A stretch of DNA of 64,000 nucleotides from Adineta vaga (taxonomy: Eukaryota; Animalia; Rotifera): NCBI GenBank assembly GCA_021613535.1, contig CP075496.1:5208001-5272000 (forward strand). Direction: 5' to 3'. The stretch's first letter is position 1. Each line of letters opens with the position of its first letter. The notes beneath the pieces are model-generated. The model saw only the letters and a program-made list of their open reading frames with translations, was not told where the DNA came from and ran no database searches. A program made the translations under genes and the position numbers. Below are positions 11,669 to 26,500 of this stretch, piece after piece.

Positions 11669-14600
11669 ATGTCTTCAATGCAAAAAAATCATCAACATCT
11701 TGTACGGCCATGTGCTGTATTTCTTGAACGTTTAAATGAAATATTTATTCCATCGAAACGTTGTAAAGTCGATGCTGATATTATTTATCGTTCATCCAAT
11801 GAACAAAATTCGATAGCTCATCATCATAATGAAGAATTATCTGTTGATGTTCTTATGTTACCAAATAATAAAGTTAAAATATCTTCATCATCAACATTTG
11901 ATGATATTCTTCCAACTTCATCGAATCAAATAAATATAAATGATGACATTAAACCCGTTGTACGTATACGTCCACATCAATCATCGATTGATTCAAATGA
12001 TTTTGAAAGTTCAACAGTCGCAGCACCAACTAAACAACGTTCAAATTCTCTTCGTCGTATTGAATCATCATCATCAAATAAATACGATAGTGATTCATAT
12101 TTATTTAATGGTACATTTGATTCTGATGATGAACTTGGCATGGATTTAAATGATGATGATTTAGCTTCAATAAATCATGTATTAGATTTTGATGATGATG
12201 ATGATATGTCAAATTTTGATGATGAAAATGCTCATTTATCATCGACAACAAATAGTAATCATGGACCTGGATATCATCCAATACAATTACCAGATTTAGT
12301 AATGGGTTCCATACGATCAGAGAATGGAGTCAAATCAGAACCATCATTTCAATATAGTGATTTATTTAATCGAAAAGGTCGAACATTTGTATGTGATGAA
12401 CGTGGTAATCGTGTTGTTTCAGTTAAACTTGAAAAGAATTCTGCAAAACGTTTAATTGATGCCATTGAAAGAAATTCAGGACGATTAGTATTGGAAGAAT
12501 GTCGACGAGGAGATTTACAAGCACATATTTTAAAAGTATGAAATAGAATAGAAAAAGATTTTACTTTAATGAAAATTTTTGTTTTGTTTTTAGGTTGTTT
12601 TTAAAGATGAACAAGAATTTTTTGATTTTAATCGTTCTGGAATTGTATCCAAACATTCATTTAAACAATGTCCAGAAATGTATACACGATTTTTGGAAAG
12701 TTTATTTGAATCGCAAACATATCCAAATGAAAACGAAACTGATCCACTTGGACCTGATGTATAATTTTCAAAAAAAGAAAATCTTAGAACTTTTTAAAAA
12801 TTAACTCTTGTCTTTTATAGGATACTGATCAATTAAGTCATACATATAGTTGTAAAGTACATGAATGTGGTGAAGCATTTACTTCGAAATCTGAAGCAAT
12901 TAAACATGCGAAAAAACATGCAGGTATAACAAGTTAACATTCTTTTCTTTTTCCTTGTTTTTAATTGATTTTCTTTGATAGAACTTGATCCATTTGATTT
13001 TGTTTGTGATCATTGTGGAAAGAAATTTCTTGGTATTGCCAATATGAAACGTCATTTACGTGTTCATATGGGTAGTGAAGGCAAAGATTTCGCATGTCCA
13101 CTCTGCCATTATCGAGGTTGTACTACGACACATGTCAAACGTCATATGGCTCATAAACATTTAGAAAAGTAAAAATTTTAACGAAAATAAAAAGATTTGT
13201 TTACAAGATCTTTATTCAATTTATTTATTTAGATCCATTCCTTGTCCCTATTGTTCATTTATGGCTGCAACAAATGCTGATTTAAAAATTCATATGGCAC
13301 GACGTCATTGGGATATTGAAGGATTAGATATTTTAAATAATTTACCTAAAACATATAAGAAAGAATGGAAATGTAATAAATGTGATACCGTATTTCATGA
13401 TTATTCCGTACGTACTAAATCATCTTGTTTCTCAAATAAGCAAATTACATTTATAATTTTTTTGTTCCTTAGGATTTTCAAAATCATATCTATAGTCATT
13501 CAAGTCAAACAAATAAATTTCAATGTAATCTATGTCCATATAATTGTAAAAGTTTCTCGAAATTAAAAGTATGTATGAGTTGTTTATATAAATCTTGTCA
13601 ATTGATTTCGTTTTCTTCTAGCGTCATATGCTCTATCATCAAGGTCAACGAAATTATGAATGTCCAAAATGTAATAATAAATTCTATCAAATGGAACATC
13701 TGAAACGTCATTTAACATCCATACATAAACTAAATATTCCACAAATTGGTCGAGGAAATCGTTTATTCAGTTCGGATATTTTAAAACGAGTAAATCATTT
13801 GATATTGGAATTATTCTTTAATTGAAATCTTCGTTTTAGCATTCAGATATGCCAAATATTCCTCCACCACATGGCACAGTTCCTCAATGTTATAAAGTTA
13901 TATCAAAATGTGTTTTTACCTGTCAAAAATGCCCATTTTCAACAACAAAACTTTATCATTTAAATGAACATGTTAAAAGTGAACATTTACAATTGGATGA
14001 TTCAGCACATGTGTGTACGTTTTGTTCATATATAACCGACAAGAAAACGAATCTTAAAGTAAGATTATGAGAGAAAACGAGAAGACGAAGTTTTCATTTT
14101 TTCTTCTTTTTTAAACTCTACTAGCGTCATTTACATCATAATCATGCTGGGCAATCCAACACACCTGTTCTTTTATCGAATGATGCTCTTTTATCCAATC
14201 CAAACACAAAGTATAATCAATCAAAAAATATTCTTTTTGTCAAACAAATTCGTTTTTCTTCTCGTTATTATTTCTAGATTTCAATGTGGACTTTGTCGTC
14301 GATATCAAAGTAATGTGGATGAATTCATCAAACATATCACCGAAAAACATCGTATGGATGTAAGTATACATTATTCATTCTTGAAACTAGAATTAATCGA
14401 ATTGTTTTCTTCAGGTTGTTATCTTAGATTCAGCGAATAATGGAAATATTCATCAACAAATTAAATCTCGTGGTCGTGCTGAAGTTTGTTGAGAAATATT
14501 GAAATGAATTGATTGTTTACAGCTATACATATATCTTGATTTTTGTTTAGTTAATCTGTGCAAGTAACAATTCAACACCATTTCGATTCGATGAATTCGG

Positions 14601-14772
14601 TGGTCTCGTTACGGTCATGAAAAATCCAAATGAAACATCATCACTAACGGCTTCGCAAATCAACCGACTAATTCAACAACAGATTTTCTCCTTCAGCAAT
14701 AAACCTAACACATTATTCGTTTCGCTTTCTTTCATTCTCTGTAAACACTACTTTATCAGTCAGTCCTTATAG
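11669..14772 (+). CDS. Multi-C2H2 zinc-finger transcription factor, multi-exon
   Basis: Repeated CxxC...HxxxH fingers across spliced exons, e.g. CDHCGKKFLGIANMKRHLRVH, CPLCHYRGCTTTHVKRHMAHKH and CPKCNNKFYQMEHLKRHLTSIH. Acidic N-terminal region. The 3' end is uncertain: the last exon reads to TAG 14770-14772, while another frame stops at 14702. Confidence 0.85.
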
Positions 14773-16169
14773 GATTGTATTTTGCATCTTTCCAAACACA
14801 CGCACATGTTCATTCAACTCGTTTTTTTTGTTTATTTGTTAAAAAAAAAGGCAAGTCAAGAGAAAGAAAATAAAACTGTTTCAATTCTTTTCTTTATTAT
14901 CATATTAATAAAAAAAAGAAGTCAATGTTTAAAGAAATCTTTGCGTGACTGCCATTATGATTTCAAAAGAAATGAATTTTTTTGTTTTTACAAAAGATTC
15001 TACTTTCTGTTCGTTCTTTTCATGAATTATAACTGTGTCAAATGCATTCAATATAATTCTATGGATTTCAATGAAAAGACACATCTTTTCATATGTCACA
15101 TCAACCACAAAAACAAAAGAAACTATTATATTATCCTAATGGAAAACCAATGGAATCCTTCAAATATCAATAATAAGTTTTTCTCTAATGAAATATTACA
15201 TGAATTTCACTATGAAAATGGAAAACTAAGAGCGAGATATTTTTCTAGGTTAAAAACAAAAATACCCAAACTGATTTTAGGAAAGAAAGTTTTCTTTGTT
15301 TCGATTAAAATAGGTTTATCTTATTAATGGATCAAGTAAGAAAACATGATCATTTGACATAAAGATTAAGGTAAGAAATAGACACTTTTGACAAAGAAAT
15401 ATAAATCCACAATTGTATATCAACTCAACTTTCTAATGAAATATAATTAGTATAACTAAAAACTGTCAGCTTCTTTTTTGTTTCCATTAAAAAGATTGTT
15501 TTCATGCTTTGCACATGCATCTCTTTTTATTTTGAATGTTTAACAAAAAAAATTGTCTCCTGATAAGCTCTCTTTTCATCGACGTCATATTGTCCAATAT
15601 AAATAATATGCTTCAAAATATGTTACATTCATTTACTGACAATTTAAATAATAAGTTAGAATGCTTACGTAACAATGTACGCATGTGTAAGTATATGTAA
15701 AATGCTATTTAGATATTACTTATAATAATGATTTATGAAAATGTAATTTCGACGTTGTCATCATCATCATCATTATTTTTTTGTTACTATCGACAGTAAC
15801 CATTATAGAAAACAGGAAATTAAAAAATTAAAGATATTTTCGCTTTTTTTTCAAAGTGCGTGTCAGTAAATGAGTCGCCCATTTACTTCTGTCATATACA
15901 GATATAAAACAGATTGTCTGTGATAATAGGAGAAAGAGAGAGAGAAACAGAAGCAAAAGAAAGTCCCAGATCGAAAAATGGATGTGTTTTTCTATCTGAA
16001 TACCCTGACATTTCTAGATCTTAGTTCTTCATTACTGTCAAAGTGACGAAGACAAGTCATCGGAAATATTCATCATAAATCGTACCTTCTCAATATAACA
16101 GGTCACATGTAGTCTCATTTCTTCGATTTTAGATCAAAATTTTTCTCTTCATTTCATCAATTTCAATTA

Positions 16170-18983
16170 ATGTCGAACGATATTTTTACTATATCATGGT
16201 TTGTTATTTTCGCTCTGGTTATATTAATTGCATTCGTTGCCAATTTAATCATTATCATAGCAATATTACGTGATAAATCCATGCATACATCAACATATTT
16301 CTATATAATTAATGTGAATATTGCCGATATTCTTCTTGTACTTAGCTGTTTACCTGAACGTTTAGCGGCTGTTTTTGGATCAAATAATGGATTTCAATTA
16401 GGAATGTTTACATGTAAGTTTTTATTTAAGAATTTTAGTCAAACGATTCGTTTGACAATGATATGTTAGATAAAAAGAAAAGAATAATTTCTATTTGCAA
16501 ATGGTGATTATAAATAAAACATCAACATGTCAAATGAAATATGTATAAGATTCATATCTATTAGAAATTTGAATGAAATAGAATACAAAAGACGAGACAG
16601 GTACTAAATTTAGAAAAAAGAAAAGAAATCTTTTCAATAGATATAAGTGATTATTTTATACGATGAATAAAATCTAGAACATTTTCTATTAGTAGTCTAG
16701 AATTTATTCATAGAATGGCAATATTTTATCACAAGAAATATGTTTTTGATAATTTTGAATAATTGAATTAGTCACCGAACGTTTTTATGTTAATCGTCAA
16801 GGATCGGAAATTTATGAATTCATATGCATTTATTTATATCATCTAAGAAAAAACAAGTATCAGTTGATCTTGTTAAAACGATTAACAGTTTTTAACAAAT
16901 ATGTACTCGGATAGAAAGTTAATTGACTTATCGAGAAATTAAGTTGGCAATTGATAATACAAGGTTTTAGGGAAGAAGTTCATCGAGAAATATACGAAGG
17001 AATGAAGATTGAGATGAATGCTATTTCTTCTCACATCTTCATTCAATCTTCAAAATATTTAGTACTCCATGTCATATTATTTTACCCATGATCCCTAATT
17101 CTCGATATATTTGTTCGTTTTCCATTTCGATAATTAACAGACACCATAAATATGAATTAATAATAATCATGATGGAATTTTCGAAGATGATTATACCATA
17201 TCTTCATATGATCTTTCCTATTCAAATTGCTAATAACAATAGATAATATCGAATATAAATAAGAAAAATGAGATAAGAGTAGAGTAGATTTCATTTAAAT
17301 ATTCGCAATAAACAACTAGAATTACATGTAGAATATAAGAGCTCCTTTTCGGACATAGTTTGTTGGATTAAATTTCTTGAATATTCTCTTTGTATTAATG
17401 CGTATATGGATGACAATTATGCGACCATTCATATTTTAGTTATTTATGATGTTTTGTTTTTAAATGTTCTTTTTTTCCTGCAACTAGTTCAATAAAGACT
17501 ATTTACTACTTCGATCATTAAAAGTACGGTAGTTTCTAATATTTACCAGAATGCCATAGATGAATTGTATCAGCAAAAAAACGTTTCTATCACCTTTAAC
17601 AATTATAAAACGATATTTATCAATTGTTATACATCTTTCGAACAAATTTGATTGATTAAAAAACGATTTTTAAGGATTAATATTGAAAGTTATGTTACGA
17701 TTTCTTTCTCAGGTTATTTACTTCCATTTCTTCAACAAGTTTCCATGCATGCTGCGTTCGCTTTCCTACTTGTTCTAACAATTCATCGATGTTACCCAGC
17801 TGGCGTACCACGATTTCTTCAAGGTAATATAATTCGTCGACAAATTCGAAATTATTGTCAAACATTATGTATAATTTGGGCATTTGCTATCATCATTAAT
17901 TTACCTTTATTTGCAATAACAAAATATGAGATACATCGTTTCAATGTAAGCATTACATTAGAAAGTCAAACAAACATGACTAGTATAATTGATGCACCGT
18001 ATTGTTTTACTGAAGCGGAAGAAACTTGGTCACGAACTTATTTAATCTTATTACTTGTTTTTACTTATATAATAACTGGAATATTTCTAATTGTTATTTA
18101 TGGACAAGTAATTCGAATTATTCTCACATCAAAAAAGTATTCACAAAAATCCTTAAACCATCATGATCATCATCATCATCGATTTCTCTCACAAAAGAAT
18201 GTACAAGATAAAGCGTATTCATCGAAATTTCTTTTTCGAACAAATCAACGTTATCCATTAAATCTCTTACATACATCAACAACACCATTAGTTCTATCCA
18301 AATCGACTGGACATCAAGATTCAAATTCTTCATCAACAAATTCTCATTCAACACAACATCTTCAAGTTATAATCATGTTATTTATTGTTATTCTCTTGTA
18401 TATTCTTCTTCTTTTACCATATCGTTTGTTAAATCTATTATATATTATTCATAATCATATGTTTCAACACACATTTATAAATGAAATTATGTTTCAATGG
18501 TTAATAAATATTGTTCGTTTACTTGTTTTTCTTAATTGTGCATTACAACCAATAACATATTTAATAATCTCCTCACGTTTACGACAAACTGTTTGGAAAC
18601 TTTTTCGTTCATATTATACATGTCATTGTCAATGGTCAGCAGAAATATCAACACCACGACTTGAAAAACATTATAAAAGTCATGTACGTCCCATTCGAAC
18701 ATATTCCTCTCAAAAATATCCACATAGAAATCCATTTGATTATCAGCTGAAACAAAATTTCAATCGTGATATGCGACCAGTTCAAACATCATTAAATAAT
18801 ATTCATTTACTTACTTCTCCAAGTTCACAAGGTAATCAATTGACAATATCTCGATCACCATCACCAGCTGTTCTATCAAATTTAACTTTATCACAATCAC
18901 TATCACAATCACCTATATATTTAACACAACAAACCCAGAAGACTCGCTATGTTGTTTCATTTACGAATGAACTAAGAAAATAA
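16170..18983 (+). CDS. Class A (rhodopsin-like) peptide-receptor-type GPCR with atypical motifs, 2 exons
   Basis: Exon 16170-16413 holds TM1 (AFVANLIII), MHTSTYFYIINVNIADIL and TM2 (SCLPERL). It splices over a ~1.3-kb intron to exon 17713-18983, which holds the TM3 Cys, HRCY in place of DRY, the TM4 W, TM6 LLLLPY and TM7 NCALQPITY. Confidence 0.9.
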
Positions 18984-19044
18984 ATGTATAAAGATCTTTT
19001 ATTTTGAAAAAAAAAATACACGAATGAAATGAAAAACTCAAGTT

Positions 19045-22000
19045 TTATTGACTGGATGTTGGACGACCTATATGATCTGCTAGACGTTTACGAAGCATAT
19101 CTTGTATGGGAGCAAATTGACGACGAAACTGTGGACAACGTTCTGATAGACCATGTAGAATTGTTTCATAATGTTGTAAACGATTGATTTGATTATCACG
19201 TGCTGTATTTAAAGCATCTGGTGTTTGATGAACTTTAACATATTTACCTTCTTTTATTTGTTCATAATATTTCGCACGCAATTGTTTTTCAGTTAATGTG
19301 ATAAACATCTAGGGAAAAGGAAAGAATTGTTTAAAGAATATGAATGAGAATAAATCGATGATATGTACGATATTCTTTCGAGAACTTAATTCACCAATGC
19401 GTTCATCAAGTTGAATATTTTCATTTGCTAACTGATCTCGTTGACCTTCGAGTTCAGTCATTTGTGCAACATGTTCTTGTTGAATACCACGATATTCATT
19501 CAACTGTTGGTCCAATTCAGCTGCTTGCTAAAACATCGGAATCGATTATTTTTCTCAATAGAAAATGACATTTACCTGAGTTGATTCACGAATTTTTCTT
19601 TGTAAATCAGTCAATTTTCTTTGTACAGTACTTTGCATAATAGCTTTATTTTGTGGTACTCGTTGTTGAATTTCTCCTCGAGTAACAATCGTATCTCGTC
19701 TTAATACACTTGCTTCCATATCACGTATTAATTTTTCTTGTTGTCGTAGTAATTGATCATAACGAACCTGAAGAAATTGAATTGATTTCCGATGAGATTC
19801 AAAGAAATATGAACTCACTTGCATACGATGAATTTCAGATTTCATTGCTCGAATTTCTCCTTGACCAGTTTCAGAATCCACAGCTGATTTCATTTCTTTG
19901 GCTAATTGAATCTTTCGTTCCCAAAACATAATTTGTTTTCTAAAATGAAATTGTTTTTCTACAATTTCAAATTAATTAAAACATACTCAGCTTCAACAAG
20001 ATTGGCTAATAAATTTTCTCGTTCTTTTCGTATTTCGACTAATTGTTCTTCCATATGTATTGCATCTTTTTCTGCAGTCTATTTTAATTAGAATATCACA
20101 TAGAAATTACAAACGAATTTGATGATTCAAATACGAACTTTTAATTCGCGAACAAAATCGCCTTCGGATAAAAGATTATTTCTTTCTAATGTTGTTTTAG
20201 TGGTTGATTCTTTGTAAATTAATTTATTTAAACGTTCTAAATCAAGTGTTAATAATTCCATTTGTCGTTTTAAATGTGCACAATCGGTTTCCATATTTGT
20301 AATTGTATCTAAATTCATATAAAAAAGTTTAATTATCGAAACTTTTCTTGATAATCTTTACTTTCTGTTCGAAGTTTTCTCGACATTAAAATCGTATATT
20401 TTAATTTCATTGAATCCGTTTCTTTTTCTAAAACATCTTTTTCATTTGTTAAACGAACCAATTCATTTTGTCCTTTCAACCAAGCTTGTTCTAAGTCAAA
20501 AATTTCTTTGCCCGTTTGTGCAATTGATTTTTGAAGATTTAAAACTTCTAATTCTAATGGTCCAAGTTCAACACCTCCAGCTTTTTCTTTCAAACTTTCT
20601 AATTTTTTATTCATTAAATCGATTTGATTTTGTTTTTGTTCAATTAATAAGACTCGTCGTTTAATTTCTTGTTCACTACGTGTGATTATTTGATTTTTTT
20701 CAAGTATTTGTTCATTATATTCTTTTGCTTGAGTTTCAAGTTGTTGAATATTTGTTAATAAATATGTTTTTTCCAGACGTGCACGAGATATATCATTTTC
20801 AACTTTGGATAAATTTCGTTCCTAAATAATCAAAAGAAAATGAATCAAAAGAGAAGACAAATAAATGATTACATACGATTTCACGTGTTGCTTCTTTAAG
20901 TTTAAAACGTCGTTTTGAACTATATTCAGCTGCTTTTTCTGCAGTTAATTGTTCTTGTACACGTTGATAGATATCATCTTCAAGTTTAACACATTCTTGA
21001 CTTTCTCTTTCAATCTCACGTCGAAGAATATCTAATTCATGTTGTTTTTCAGATTTTTCCTAAAGAGAAGAGAACATTATTCAATGCAATTCAATATTTT
21101 CATCTTACATTATTAATACGATCAAGCATATGTTGAGTTTCTTGAAGTGCTTTTGTATAAGTTGAAATTTCTTGTTTTGTTGTTTCTGATTTTTCAAGAC
21201 TTATTTCATGTAATTTCTCTAGATTTTGTATTTCATATTTTGTTCGATTGAGTACTAATGTAAGTTTTTCATTCAGTTCTTGTTCTTTGATTATTGAACG
21301 TTTATAAGATTCCATTTCCGTATGCATTGTATCGATACGTTGATTTTGTAATCTAAATGAACACATATCAACTGTATATTGATAAGATTTTGATAACTAA
21401 CCTGACAGCTTCATTCATTGTTGCTTGTGCTTCATCACGTCTTCGAATACCAATCAAACAACTGTTCCAATTTTGCATTAATTGTTTTTTTTCTAATTCT
21501 AATGTTTCTGATTCTAATCGTGCTTCGGTTAATGTATGTGTAATATTTTTTCTTTCTTCCACTAAACAAATACGAATTGAAATAGAAAAGTCAATTCAAA
21601 ATAGAATCAAACTTACTCTGAACTTTCAATTGATATTCATATTGTGCTATTTGTTCTCGAAGAACATCAGCTTGTTCAATAAGACGGTTAACAAAAAAAT
21701 CCTAATTTGTACAAAGATTCTAATATGTACGATAGAATAAGAAAACAAATTTACTTGTTCTTTTTTATCTGCTTCTAGTTTAGTTACTTCCGTATCGACT
21801 TTTTCTGTTGCTCGTCGCATTGTAGATAGATCACTTCTGACATCACCTTTTGCTTTATTTAAATAATATAATCGACGTTGAAGAACATCACGTTCTTTCT
21901 GTGTATCCAAAGCTTAAAAATAAATGTTTAGTAAATTTATGTTTATTTGTTTTCTTCTTCTTAGAAAAAAATACTTTGTTTCATTTGTGTGTCAAGTTCG

Positions 22001-22968
22001 TCTTTCTTTTTCAATTGTTTTTCTTTTGTCTGTCTCAATTCTTGATCAATACGTTGACGATCTTGATTGACTTCACCATAATGATCATGTTCTTTCTCAA
22101 GTAACATTTGATGTCTAGCTAATTCTTGTTGAAGATTATATAAAGTTACGCCAAGTGTTTCACGTTTTTCACGCATTTTCTAAATAAAAATATATTGAAT
22201 GAATGAAAGATTATAGAAAACAAAGAATTTTCTTCTACTTTAAGTTCATGGTCAGCTTCTCGTAATTGAATATTATATTTTTCGTCTTGTTTAAGTAGAT
22301 ATCCTTTGAGAGCTTTTTGATATGCAGCCATAAGTGGATGATTTGGATCCATAACGACCAGGGATTGTTCATCCTCTGTGGGTCCATCTTCTGTTAACAA
22401 GAAAAAAAAACAAGATTTTCTCAATAATATCAACTATTTATTGTATTCTAAATCGGACGAGTATGTTCATCTACATAAAGATAACTATTTCATAGACGAT
22501 CAAATTACTCAAATCATGATAATCTAAAGAAATATGGAAATATAATATCACACCATATGTTCTCATTTCTTATGTTGCTAAAATAACAAAATTAATCCGG
22601 CAAATCTCAAGACATATGAATGTATATATATATTAGAATTCTTTTCAATTGGAGAAAGTACATGTCGATATTCTCTCTGCAATTGATTTTCTATGATTAG
22701 GAGAAATACGATCTATCAGTTGTTAACAAAGTATGACATGAATATATAGTCGGCAATGAAATAAACATACGTAGGTCTTGTATACCATCGATTTGACTAT
22801 TTGGATCTGCATAATCTAATGGATAATCATCCTGATACGAATTTATATTGTTTGAACCGTTTGGATGTGCTAAATAAGAGATCAAATTGATTATCTTTCT
22901 AATCATTGAAATGAAATCAAACCTGGATCATCGCTAATCACATCGTTATCATCGTCATAGAGTGACAT
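19045..22968 (-). CDS. CCDC40: Coiled-coil domain-containing protein 40 (motile cilia 96-nm ruler), multi-exon
   Basis: Motifs LVVMDPNHPLM...QKALKGYL, RETLGVTLYNLQQELAR, DLSTMRRATEK, EKKQLMQNWNSCLIGIRRRDEA, GGVELGPLE and [38 protein letters not shown]. Putative start ATG 22968 (MSLYDDDNDVISDDP). Confidence 0.92.
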
Positions 22969-23061
22969 GTTTTCTTTAAATCAGTCTCTACTTTCGTTTT
23001 CAAATTCAAATACTTGCAACAAACGTTTGATGTTTCCCTTGGTCAATATATTGTTAATAGT

Positions 23062-23074
23062 GTTGCTTAGCAAC
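23062..23074. promoter_or_regulatory. Putative RFX-binding X-box upstream of CCDC40
   Basis: Near-perfect palindrome GTTGCTTAGCAAC, 94 bp upstream of the CCDC40 ATG. It fits the GTTGCY...RGCAAC X-box pattern typical of ciliary gene promoters. Confidence 0.7.
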
Positions 23075-23521
23075 GAAATTATTTTTTATTTTCAAAAAAA
23101 ATTCTTATTTATACGAAGAAAAATCTTTTCCACATTTTTCTTATATGAAATAAAATCAATTTCTATCGAAATTATTTCTTAATCTTCTCATTATAGATGT
23201 CGCTTTGACATATTTGTGCGATATGTATCGCCATTGTTTCCCGTTTGTGAACCTTCACTTATTTGTACATCTCCTATGTCTGCCGAAAAAGAACACATGC
23301 ATGTGTAGACATACACATCACACATGTTTCTTTCGAAATTTCGCATAGTATCCGTTTTCTTTTCTTAGATTTTAGATTCCCTTCTTCACTAATTATTAAC
23401 TTCAATCTTATACATATTTCTAATCAAGAAAACTTGTTCTACAATAGAAAACGCATCTTAGGAAAAAAGTAATTATACAAATAATCTGTTTTATTCATTG
23501 TATGATCAAAGTATCAATATC

Positions 23522-26500
23522 ATGTCTGTACCGAATAAATCTCTTGATAAAAATAAACGATATGCTGGTGTTAAAACAAATGATTTTGTAAACAAAACTC
23601 GAGCAAATGAAGCCAATCGATCAGCTGGTAGGTTAAATAGAAAATCAGTTCTTTTTCATTCTTTTTTTTTCTCGTTCAGTACGTCCTCAAGGATGGGCCA
23701 ATTTAGGAAAAATCAATAGTCGACGAATTCCACCACCAGCAAATGTACCTAGTTTAAAAAGTGAAATCGGTGTTAATTCACCAGTATTTGATCCACCATC
23801 GACTCCAAATCATGGTTGGACATCAGCAGAGAATACAACATTAACTAACGTTTTATCTAATCCAACACAGCAACAACTTGATTCAATTCCTGTTAGTGGT
23901 TCGACACCACCACCATTATTATCATCGCAACCACCTTCAGCAGATATTGACAAATCTCGTGCACCACCATCATGGAGTACTGTAACAGCTGGTGGTACAA
24001 ATTCGAATTTGACTGAACCACCACCAAATCTACTTGGTCTCAATGATTTTCCTCGTTTAGCAACGACGCCTGATCGAAGGTCTCAGCCAGAATCACCGGT
24101 AAATCTTCGACCAGCTAATCTTGCGACATGGAAAGAAGGTGGTGGAAGTCGTATTCAACCACTAGTCAACGATCTATCACAAATGATACCTAATAATCCT
24201 GGTGCTAATTTCTATCAACAACAACCAATGCCAAATGTGAGAATGTATCAACCACAAATGGTAAAATTGACACTATAATCTTTTTCTTTTTCTTTAACTT
24301 GTTGTTCCTTTTATTTTAGTGGTCATATAATCCATATCCACCGGTACCCTTACCGATGCATCAATCACAACGTGTTAATCATTTAAATGATTATAAAAAT
24401 CCAACAATATTACGAAATAAAGATATTGATGATTTATCAAAAATCACCGATAATACATGGGCAAATACAACTCAAGAAGTAAATTATGAAGAGAAAATTC
24501 GTTTTAGTGATGATGAAGATGACAATCATCGACGAGAAATATCCGAATCAAAAAATAAAACACGTCGAATGAAACCACAAATTTTACAACATTCACGTTT
24601 AATTCAAGATGATGAACATTTAAAACAAATGCAAGATAATAAAAATTCAGAATTAATTAATGCATTAACAATTGCTAAACAACGACGTGATGAACAAGAA
24701 CGTCATCTTCGTCATGAACAATTAAATTCAAATTCTGATGAACAAAAACAAATACCGGGATATCAAACACGACCGTTGTTAAATTCTAATGAACAAGAAA
24801 ATCACCATTCATCATGGCAACAAACAAATCGAGAAATATCGAATACATCTCGTACTCGTCACGATACAGCTAATAGTCAATCATCATTTGCTATGAAAAG
24901 TTGGTCAGATCAAATGGATTCGTTTAATTATTCATCTTTACATGAAAAGTAAGCAATCTGTTACATTAGTTAATCTTTTGGGAGAAAAATTTTCATGAGA
25001 AATATGTAAAATTATATATTATGTATTTAGATCTGGTGGACACATGGAAAATGAAGATACATCTCTAGCAAATAATTACAGTCGTTCTCCAAGCGAATCA
25101 AGTTTACCATCACCCCATGACAAGGAACAAGTATCACAAAAATCGAAGAAATTTCCTTTACCTTCGAAAAAGTCTCTAAAAACAAATATAAATCCAATGA
25201 AAAATTCGAATAAAAAATTAGTTAAATTTGACAGCACAGAATATTATGATAATTCGAATGATCAGTGGGATACATGGGATGAATCTATCGATAATCGTCA
25301 ACAACAACAATATCCGAATGATAATAATCAGCATCGTCGCCGTCAACAACAACAACAACTGAATTCCGATGATCTTTCAACACAAAAACCAAATCGTTTT
25401 AATAAACAATCTTCAACAACTAAAATACGTCAAAATGATCAACAACAAACAAGTAAGTTTTACTATTCTAAAGTTCTTCTTTCTCTTTTCATCAATTCAC
25501 ATTAGATCCTCGTACGAAATCCAATTCAGCCCCATTGAATAAAACGAATCCAATAACCGATAACAGATTGACTAATAATAAAAATCAACCACCTTGGCGT
25601 CTTCTTTCTCCAAATCGACCAAATGAATCCATTGATCCGGCATCACACGAGTCTACATCTTATAAATCTCAACAATCAAACAATGATCGTCGTCAAACAG
25701 AATCTTATCCACAACGAACAAATCTGAATGATCATAAACAACGATATCCACCTATTGATACTGCATCAATACCACCATTAATGAGTGTACGATCTGATCT
25801 ACCATTAACAACAGGTAAATCATATCAAACCACAAATCATACAGGTACATCTCATTATGATGATGAAAATGCTTATTATGATTCAAATATACAAACACAT
25901 CAACGTTATCAACATTCAAATTTACATAATCGAGGTTATACTGCATTGGGCTCATATGGACGTTATAGACGAAGTGGAACACTTCGTCAACAACAACAAT
26001 ATTCAACTTATAATAATGGAAATAATACATCTGTTGGTTCATCAGTACCTTCGACAAATAGTGGAACACGTCAGAAAAAGAATTCAGTCAATCGTTCAAA
26101 TACAAATAATAAAAAAATGACTTCATCATCATCTGAACAAACGAAACCATCAGTTGTTGATGAAATTAATTCTTCATCAGAGAAACAAAAGACACCTATG
26201 GAAGAAACACCTGTAATCAAACCACTTGAAACATCTATTCCATCTCCATCAATAGAAATGCCGACAAAAGAAATTGAAAAATTGAATCAATCGGTTAATG
26301 GAATTAGTGAACAGAAGACTGCATTAAAAACTGAAAATGAGAATAATGGCGATCAAAATGAAACGGAATCAACGACGAAATCAAATAAAAAGAATACAAC
26401 ATCAAATTCAAAACGACGAACGAATAAAGATCAACAAATATATCATCAAGATCAACGTTATCAGAATCAACAAGCTCCACGTCATAGAAATAATTATGCA

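Noticed and set aside
14782-15327. 181-aa ORF after the zinc-finger gene
   Set aside because: F/K/I/N-rich translation of AT-rich UTR or intergenic DNA, with a TTG start and no motif.
16870-16898. Short inverted repeat (TTGTTAAAA...TTTTAACAA) in the GPCR intron as a MITE or terminator
   Set aside because: Too short and AT-rich; no target-site duplication or second copy was noticed.
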